Part shown: positions 37,626 to 43,491 of the stretch, piece after piece
How positions within the stretch are numbered: position 1 is the first letter of the stretch
How the letters are laid out: the number at the start of each line of letters is the position of its first letter
DNA from: Planctomycetaceae bacterium
GTDB taxonomy: Bacteria; Planctomycetota; Planctomycetia; Isosphaerales; Isosphaeraceae
Assembly: GCA_019237095.1 (NCBI GenBank)
Contig: JAFAHT010000481.1
Location: 1-43,491 of the forward strand
Direction: 5' to 3'
Length of the DNA: 43,491 nt
Notes under the pieces: generated by a model
The model's input: only the letters and a program-made list of their open reading frames with translations
Databases searched by the model: none
Told to the model about the DNA's origin: nothing
Position numbers and translations under genes: made by a program

Positions 37626-38305
37626 AAAACCCCATCTATACCGTCGCTGCATTGGCTTTGATTGTCGGGTCCGGCCTTGTTCATGGCGCCTGGACCAATC
37701 GGTGGGGAACGGCCCCGGCACTCGCCGACCTGGCCGCCCGATTGGAATCCGTGCCCACGGTCCTCGGCGACTGGACCGCGACCTCGCGAGCGATCCCTCC
37801 GGGGGAGCTGGCCATGGCCGGCGCCGTGGGACAAATCTCCCGAGTCTACACAAATCCCACGAAGGAACTCACCGTGTCGGTCCTGCTGCTCTGCGGCCTG
37901 CCTGGCAAAATTTCGACCCACACGCCCGACGTATGTTATCCGGGGGCCGGCTACTCGCTGGTCAACAGCGAGAGGTTTGTCCACCGATACGATGTCCCGG
38001 AACGAGCTGCGGAGTTTCAGACCGCCATTGCCAGCCGGGCAGGGACCAAGCCGTCCCGCCTGCGGCTCTACTGGGCGTGGCATGGGTCCAGCGGCTGGTC
38101 CGCGCCTGAGAATCCACGCTGGGCTTTCGCTGCCGAGCCGATGCTCTCGAAGCTTTACATCGTGAGGGAAACAGGCGGAGTCGCAGTCGATCCCAAAGCA
38201 GATCCTTGTGCTCAGTTCCTGTCTCTTCTGCTCCCTGAACTCGATCGCGTGATGTCCCCATCAGGCCAGCCGACCGGGGCGAAGTCGTCTAGTATCTTGA
38301 AGTGA
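37622..38305 (+). CDS. Exosortase-associated EpsI family protein
   Basis: HG.WT.RWG, HTPDVCYPGAG, YWAW, KLY; overlaps the Wzc stop (ATGA). Confidence 0.85.
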   Translation: MKNPIYTVAALALIVGSGLVHGAWTNRWGTAPALADLAARLESVPTVLGDWTATSRAIPPGELAMAGAVGQISRVYTNPTKELTVSVLLLCGLPGKISTHTPDVCYPGAGYSLVNSERFVHRYDVPERAAEFQTAIASRAGTKPSRLRLYWAWHGSSGWSAPENPRWAFAAEPMLSKLYIVRETGGVAVDPKADPCAQFLSLLLPELDRVMSPSGQPTGAKSSSILK

Positions 38306-39481
38306 TCATTTCAGCATTATCCTGGTTGCGGGGGCGATGATCTGATCGTGCCCCATGAGGTGGGCAACGATCCGCTGTGCGGCACAACCGTCGCCGTAGG
38401 GATTGATTGCGCCGGCCATCTTCGCATATACCTCCGGATCGGTCAGCAGCTCGACGGCCGCCGCGGTGATCGCCTTTCGCTGGGTGCCGACGACCCGCGC
38501 GGCGCCGGCCTCGACGGCCTCCGGCCGCTCGCTGGTATCCCGCAGTACGAGCACGGGCTTGTCCAGGCTTGGGGCCTCTTCCTGGATCCCTCCGGAGTCC
38601 GTCAGGATCAACCGGCTCGAGGCCATCAGGTGGCAGAACACGTCGTAGTCGAGAGGATCGGTGAGGTAAATTCTCTCGTGTCCGGCCAGCACCGTGGCGA
38701 CAGTGGTCCGAACGTCCGGGTTGGGGTGCACCGGGTAGATGATCGCCAGATTCTCAAACCGCTTCGTGAGGTCGATGAGTGCCTCGCAGATTCCTTCCAG
38801 GCCGATGCCGAAGCTCTCCCGCCGGTGGCTGGTCACGAGCACGATCGGGCTGTGGCGATCCACGATTCCGGCGAGCTCCGCCGCGCGGTGGCGAAAGTCG
38901 TCAGCACCTCGCTGGCGCGACTGCTCGAGTGTCAGCCGCAGCGCGTCGATTGCCGTGCTCCCTGTTACGACAATCCTTTCAGCGGCGATCCCTTCCCGCT
39001 TGAGGTTGTCGGCCGCCCAGGCGGTCGGTGCAAAGTGGTGTACGGCAAGCGTATCGACCAGGTGCCGGTTCATCTCCTCCGGGAACGGGCTGTAACGGTT
39101 CCGGGTGCGCAGGCCAGCTTCGACGTGACCCACCGGAATCTTCCGGTAGTAGGCTGCCAGGCTCGCGGCGAGGGCCGTCGTCGTGTCGCCCTGAATGAGT
39201 ACCAGATCAGGGGCCGTCTCCAACAACAGTCGGTCCAGACCCTCGATCAGACGCGCCGTCAGGCCTGCCAGGTCCTGGCCAGGGCGCATGACATCAAGAT
39301 CAACGTCGGGCTCGATCTCGAAGAGTCTGAGCACCTGGTCGAGCATCTCGCGATGCTGCGCCGTGACGACCACCAACGTCTGGATGGCCGCTTTCGCCCT
39401 GGAATTGGTGCGCAGCTCACGGACGACCGGGGCCATCTTGATCGCCTCAGGTCGCGTACCAAAGATCACTGCTATTCGCAT
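38306..39481 (-). CDS. wecB: UDP-N-acetylglucosamine 2-epimerase (non-hydrolysing)
   Basis: GTRPEAIKMAP, QGDTTT, HVEAGLR, FPEEMNR, HRRE, TDSGGIQEEA, NPYGDG. Confidence 0.96.
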   Translation of the reverse strand: MRIAVIFGTRPEAIKMAPVVRELRTNSRAKAAIQTLVVVTAQHREMLDQVLRLFEIEPDVDLDVMRPGQDLAGLTARLIEGLDRLLLETAPDLVLIQGDTTTALAASLAAYYRKIPVGHVEAGLRTRNRYSPFPEEMNRHLVDTLAVHHFAPTAWAADNLKREGIAAERIVVTGSTAIDALRLTLEQSRQRGADDFRHRAAELAGIVDRHSPIVLVTSHRRESFGIGLEGICEALIDLTKRFENLAIIYPVHPNPDVRTTVATVLAGHERIYLTDPLDYDVFCHLMASSRLILTDSGGIQEEAPSLDKPVLVLRDTSERPEAVEAGAARVVGTQRKAITAAAVELLTDPEVYAKMAGAINPYGDGCAAQRIVAHLMGHDQIIAPATRIMLK

Positions 39482-39646
39482 GCGTCACCAAGGTCGCACT
39501 TTGTTCGGTCAAGACCCCGCCGTCTCCTGGGCCCTGAGAGGCGACCCAGCATCGTAGGATCGCCCTGGGTCGGCGGTGTTCGGCGCTGAGGCCTGGCGAG
39601 CTCGTTGCCGCGGTTCGACCTCTGTACGGTCTTCAGGGCCCCGATC

Positions 39647-41488
39647 TCAATAAGTCAGCCCAAAACCATATGGAAACAGCGGGTCCTTGGCGGTGCCATC
39701 GTCGAGGTTGCAGGGAATCTGGTCCATCGACCGAGGCCAGGTATGGGGGAGCTTGCCGGTCGGCTTGACGTCGCCGAGGAGGACATCGGCGATGCCGTGG
39801 CCCTCGGTACCGGGAAGCCAGGCGGCGAGCACCGCGTCGCTCGACTCGAGAATCGGGCCGAGCAGGACCGGCCGGCCCGAAAAGACGACGGTCACGACCG
39901 GCACGCCAGCCTCATTCGCCGTCTTCAAGACGGACAGGTCTGCCCGCGGAAGGTTCAGACCCTTGCGGTCGCCCCGCATCTCGGCGTAGGGACGCTCGCC
40001 GATCGCGACGATCACCGCGTCGGCCCCCGCGACGCCCGAGCCGTCGGCCGAGTGCGTCACCTCGGTGTTTGGCCCGACGGCCTGGCGGACAGCGGTCAGG
40101 AGCGTCGTGCCGCCGCGCATCACGTTGCCCCTCTTGCCTTGCCAGGCGATCGTCCAGCCGCCGCACTGAATTCCCAGGTCATCGGCCGCCCGACCCGCCA
40201 GGACCAGCCGCCTGGCATGTTTCGAGAGCGGTAGCGTGCTCTTTTCGTTCTTCAGCAGCACGAGCGACTTCTGCACGCACTTGCGCGCGACCTGGCGGTG
40301 CTCGGCCGCTCCGACCGCCGAGGTCAGCGCCGCCTCGCAGAAGGGATGGTCGAACAGGTGCATGCGCGACTTGACGAGCACGATGCGCCTGACTGCGTCG
40401 TCGATCCGGGATTGGGGAACCTTGCCCTCGTTCACCAGGTCCTTGAGCAGGGTGATGTACTCGATGTAGTTGTTCTTCCGTCCCGGACCGTTGGGGATCA
40501 TGACCATGTCGATGCCGGCGTTGATCGAGGTCTCGATGGCCGTCTTGTAATCGTGCGAGAGCTGGTCGATGGCTGCCCAGTCGGAAACGACGAAACCGTG
40601 AAACCCGAGCTCCTTCTTGAGTAAGTCGGTCAGAAGATCATGATTACCGTGCATCTTCTTGCCGTTCCAGTTGCTGTACGAGGCCATGACGGATGAAGCG
40701 CCCGCCTTGATGGCCCCCAGATATCCGGGCAGGTGAATGTTCCTCAGGGTGGCGAGATCGCACTCGGTGTGTCCCTGGTCCACGCCCCGCGTGGTGCCGC
40801 CGTCGCCCACGAAGTGCTTGGCGCAGGCGAGCACCGACGTGGTCTCTCCCAGCGTCGCGCCCTGGAGTCCGCGGACCGCCGCGGCGCCCATAACCTCGGC
40901 GAGCTCGGGATTCTCGCCGAAGCTCTCATACGTGCGGCCCCACCGCTCGTCGCGGGCGACGGCCAGGCAGGGGGCGAACGCCCAGCGGATTCCGGTGCCG
41001 ACCATTTCCAGTGCCGTGATCCGCGCGGCCTTCTCGACCAGGCCGGGATCGCGCATCGCTCCCAGGCCGATATTGTGGGGGAAGACGACCGCCCCATCCA
41101 CGTTGTTGTGCCCGTGCACTGCGTCGATCCCGTAGATGAGGGGGATCTTGAGCCGGCTTTTGAGTGCCCACGACTGGAGCTCGTCGTGTGTCCTGGCCCA
41201 GCCCAGGGCCGTGATGTCGTCAGGGTCGGAATCGCCGCCGCTGAGCATCGAGCCCAGGGCGTACCGCGCGATGTCGGCCTTGTCCTTGATGGCCTTGAGA
41301 TCGACCTGCGTCATCTGGCCGATCTTCTCGTCCAAGGTCATCGCTTTGAGCAATTCCTCGGTTTTCGCCGCCGCGGCCGCGTCGTCATCATCGGCCTTCG
41401 CCGCCGCGGCCGTGCCGCTCGTCATCCCGGGCAGGAAGGCCGTCGCCGAGAGAATCCACCAACTGAGCGTCCGCTGGAGTATTGTCAT
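39647..41488 (-). CDS. Secreted GH3 beta-glucosidase / exo-beta-glucanase
   Basis: Signal peptide; EKIGQMTQ, DAVHG, WGRTYE, KHFVGDG, VVSDW (nucleophile), PYAE, FPYGFGL. Confidence 0.95.
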   Translation of the reverse strand: MTILQRTLSWWILSATAFLPGMTSGTAAAAKADDDDAAAAAKTEELLKAMTLDEKIGQMTQVDLKAIKDKADIARYALGSMLSGGDSDPDDITALGWARTHDELQSWALKSRLKIPLIYGIDAVHGHNNVDGAVVFPHNIGLGAMRDPGLVEKAARITALEMVGTGIRWAFAPCLAVARDERWGRTYESFGENPELAEVMGAAAVRGLQGATLGETTSVLACAKHFVGDGGTTRGVDQGHTECDLATLRNIHLPGYLGAIKAGASSVMASYSNWNGKKMHGNHDLLTDLLKKELGFHGFVVSDWAAIDQLSHDYKTAIETSINAGIDMVMIPNGPGRKNNYIEYITLLKDLVNEGKVPQSRIDDAVRRIVLVKSRMHLFDHPFCEAALTSAVGAAEHRQVARKCVQKSLVLLKNEKSTLPLSKHARRLVLAGRAADDLGIQCGGWTIAWQGKRGNVMRGGTTLLTAVRQAVGPNTEVTHSADGSGVAGADAVIVAIGERPYAEMRGDRKGLNLPRADLSVLKTANEAGVPVVTVVFSGRPVLLGPILESSDAVLAAWLPGTEGHGIADVLLGDVKPTGKLPHTWPRSMDQIPCNLDDGTAKDPLFPYGFGLTY

Positions 41489-41837
41489 GGTCGCCTCGAG
41501 AATGTGCGGAGGACCTCGCTCCAGCAGCGCGACTGGCGGCGATGATGCTGCCGGACCTTTCTTCCCAGGATGGCGGGAAAGCGACACGAGTTCAACCTGT
41601 CAGTGCCACGCGCGGTCAATCTGGACCCGAGCTTCCACGCGGCCCTTGCGTCTCGGGCTTTTTCCTGGCAGGCGCGGGCTGGGCTGGTGCCGCCGGGTCT
41701 TCCGGCATTTTGAGCCATCCCGCGCGTCTTGAACCTTGGGCCATAACTCCGCAGGGGCAGGCATCACTTTCAATCCTTCGCGTCGGCTTCTTGTTTGCTA
41801 CAATAACGATCGGCCAAAAGAGATACGAGGAGAGACT

Positions 41838-42071
41838 ATGAACCTGCCCATCAAGTTCCCAAGCGACGCCGAGGTGATCCTCGAGGAAGTCGCGAGGTTT
41901 CAGGCACTCACACCAGAGAAGCGACTCCGATCGATCCGGGGCATCCTGAACGCCGGTGCCCTGATCCTGCGGAAGTCGCCCAAGGCGGCCTGGCTCAAAC
42001 AGTATTCCGAGGAACAGGAACTCCTCGCCCAACATATCACCCGGGAGTTCATCGCACGTCATGCACGCTGA
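41838..42071 (+). CDS. Small protein, probable partner/antitoxin of the nucleotidyltransferase
   Basis: 77 aa, GAGGAG RBS, LTPEKRL motif, overlaps the next gene by 11 bp. Confidence 0.65.
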   Translation: MNLPIKFPSDAEVILEEVARFQALTPEKRLRSIRGILNAGALILRKSPKAAWLKQYSEEQELLAQHITREFIARHAR

Positions 42072-42654
42072 GCGCGACCTCTTGGCGGACGAACTGGTCC
42101 AGGCCGTTGACTCCCTCGCCGAGGCATTCGCTGCCCGGTCGATCCGGCACGCGCTCATCGGCGGGCTTGCGACTATGATGCGCGGGCGCCCCCGATTCAC
42201 CCAAGACGTCGACTTCCTGCTCGATGTGCCGCAGGTCGCGTTGCCCGGCCTGCTCGATGACCTCGTCGAGCGGGGATTCACGCTCGACCCGGCGGTCGTC
42301 ATCAAGGAATATGTCCAGCATCACGTCACCGCTTTCAGGTTCGGAGAGGTGCGCATCGACTGGCTCAAGCCAGTTCTCCCCTTCTACGGCCGAACGCTCG
42401 CCGATGCCCAGTCCATGGAATGGTCCGAGGGACATTCGCTCCATGTGGCCACGGCCGAGGGGCTCATCCTCACCAAGATGGTCGCCTTCCGGGCCCAGGA
42501 CCAGGCCGACATCGAGACCCTGCTGACAGGCAACCGCGACAGGATCGACATCGACCTCATCCGCGAGGAATGGTCGCCCTTCGCGGCGACGGAGCCGGAA
42601 CGCACGGCATGGCTTGAGGCCACCATCGCCAGGCGGGTTGACCGGCGCGAGTAA
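42061..42654 (+). CDS. Nucleotidyltransferase (AbiEii/DUF6036-like), TA-like toxin
   Basis: HALIGGLA...PRFTQDVDFL, IDW, EGLILTK..A.R.QD..D. Confidence 0.8.
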   Translation: MHAERDLLADELVQAVDSLAEAFAARSIRHALIGGLATMMRGRPRFTQDVDFLLDVPQVALPGLLDDLVERGFTLDPAVVIKEYVQHHVTAFRFGEVRIDWLKPVLPFYGRTLADAQSMEWSEGHSLHVATAEGLILTKMVAFRAQDQADIETLLTGNRDRIDIDLIREEWSPFAATEPERTAWLEATIARRVDRRE

Positions 42655-42879
42655 ATCGGGGTTCTTTCCTCTCCGGACCGATTTCATAAGCTTCGGTGGG
42701 CCGAGCCGCAGCCGGAGGCAGCGCGCGCCGACCTGCCTGCGAGTCCATCTGACGTTCGACATGTTTTTCAGAAAGTCCCTCATTCCTGACCGTAGAAAAC
42801 CCGCCCCAAGCCACAACAGAGAAGAAGGGGCATTCCCTTCTGTTTTTTTTGACTATTTCTTGAGTCGTTCGCTAAGGTG

Positions 42880-42908
42880 TTGAAAATGGATTGCTGCGCG
42901 GCTACAAT
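42880..42908 (+). promoter_or_regulatory. Putative sigma70 promoter
   Basis: TTGAAA-17 bp-TACAAT in an AT-rich stretch, about 180 bp upstream of the 43090 gene. Confidence 0.6.
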
Positions 42909-43089
42909 GCAGCGTGGGTGTGTAGGCACCCAGCGGAGTACGTCTCACAGCGATCTGAACTCAGCCGGAGATGCCGAACATAGATTCAGGAAACTGTGAG
43001 AGTTGAGAGCAACTCCGGGCTGCTGCCTTGCGTCGAGAGTGAGTTAGGAGGCCTCGGGACTATCACGATCTCAAGCGAAGGGAACAACA

Positions 43090-43371
43090 ATGCTGAGCAA
43101 ACACAAGGTTGGTACGCTGATGTCTGGCTTTTTGACAGTCACACGAAGGTTCGGACTGCTTGCCTTCCTGCTCATCGGGCTCGCGGCTGACGCGTACGCC
43201 CAGAGCGTCGAAGCCGAAGCGCATGCCAGTGACAATGCCAGCTTCAAACGTTTCAAACGTGGCGCGCCAGAGATTGCGGTGGGCGCCGGGATCAGCGCCT
43301 TTGTGCTCGCCGGTGGTGGCCTGCTGTTGCTGGCCGACCGGCTTCGCGGGAAGAAGAAGTCGAAGTCCTGA
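43090..43371 (+). CDS. Small secreted protein with a VPEID/PEP-CTERM-like sorting signal
   Basis: Signal peptide ending AYA|Q, short polar segment, APEI motif, TM helix, basic tail DRLRGKKKSKS. Confidence 0.75.
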   Translation: MLSKHKVGTLMSGFLTVTRRFGLLAFLLIGLAADAYAQSVEAEAHASDNASFKRFKRGAPEIAVGAGISAFVLAGGGLLLLADRLRGKKKSKS

Positions 43372-43491
43372 TCTTCGGTTCTCCGGCCGTCGGTCATGTG
43401 TCGAGCGGGAGTGGGTCGGGTCTCAAGACGGGGCGAAGATTGGCATTGCCACGGGTGGGGAGATCGTCCATTGCAATGTCTCCTCTCCGAT

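Noticed and set aside
42909-43089. Riboswitch or ops/JUMPstart element in the long leader
   Set aside because: No recognisable consensus seen; would need a covariance-model search

Overview
GC-rich bacterial chromosomal window, most likely Planctomycetota (Isosphaeraceae-like). This is inferred from DUF4058, DUF1570, the planctomycete-type integrase remnant and the exosortase/EpsI cluster, not from a database search. 1-6.6 kb is a decayed integration hotspot between two convergent tRNAs: tRNA-Leu(GAG) followed by a wrecked tyrosine integrase, DUF4058 and a broken TA pair, then a 3.7-kb integrase-less island bounded by a 51-bp duplication of the tRNA-Ala(TGC) 3' part. 6.7-23 kb holds a DUF1570 metallopeptidase, an Lpd/MerA-family flavoprotein lacking its redox cysteines, an Eis-like GNAT, a coupled GT2 + BshC-like operon and two large convergent GT-C-type membrane proteins. 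Those two flank a 1.6-kb patch of repeats and gene scraps. 23-33.5 kb is mostly housekeeping: cytochrome c peroxidase and ferredoxin under a Fur/PerR-like box, gamma-CA, HdeD, metallophosphoesterase, surE, a serine-less alpha/beta hydrolase and FGE. 33.5-43.5 kb has an exosortase-Wzc-EpsI cluster, wecB, a GH3 glucosidase, a nucleotidyltransferase TA-like pair and a tiny APEI-CTERM-type exosortase substrate. The best candidates for an undescribed system are (i) the GT2/BshC-like/GT-C-TPR glycoconjugate locus and (ii) reiterated palindromic elements that repeatedly abut truncated gene fragments. Both are inferences. No CRISPR array or rRNA was seen. All family assignments come from motif recognition by eye.
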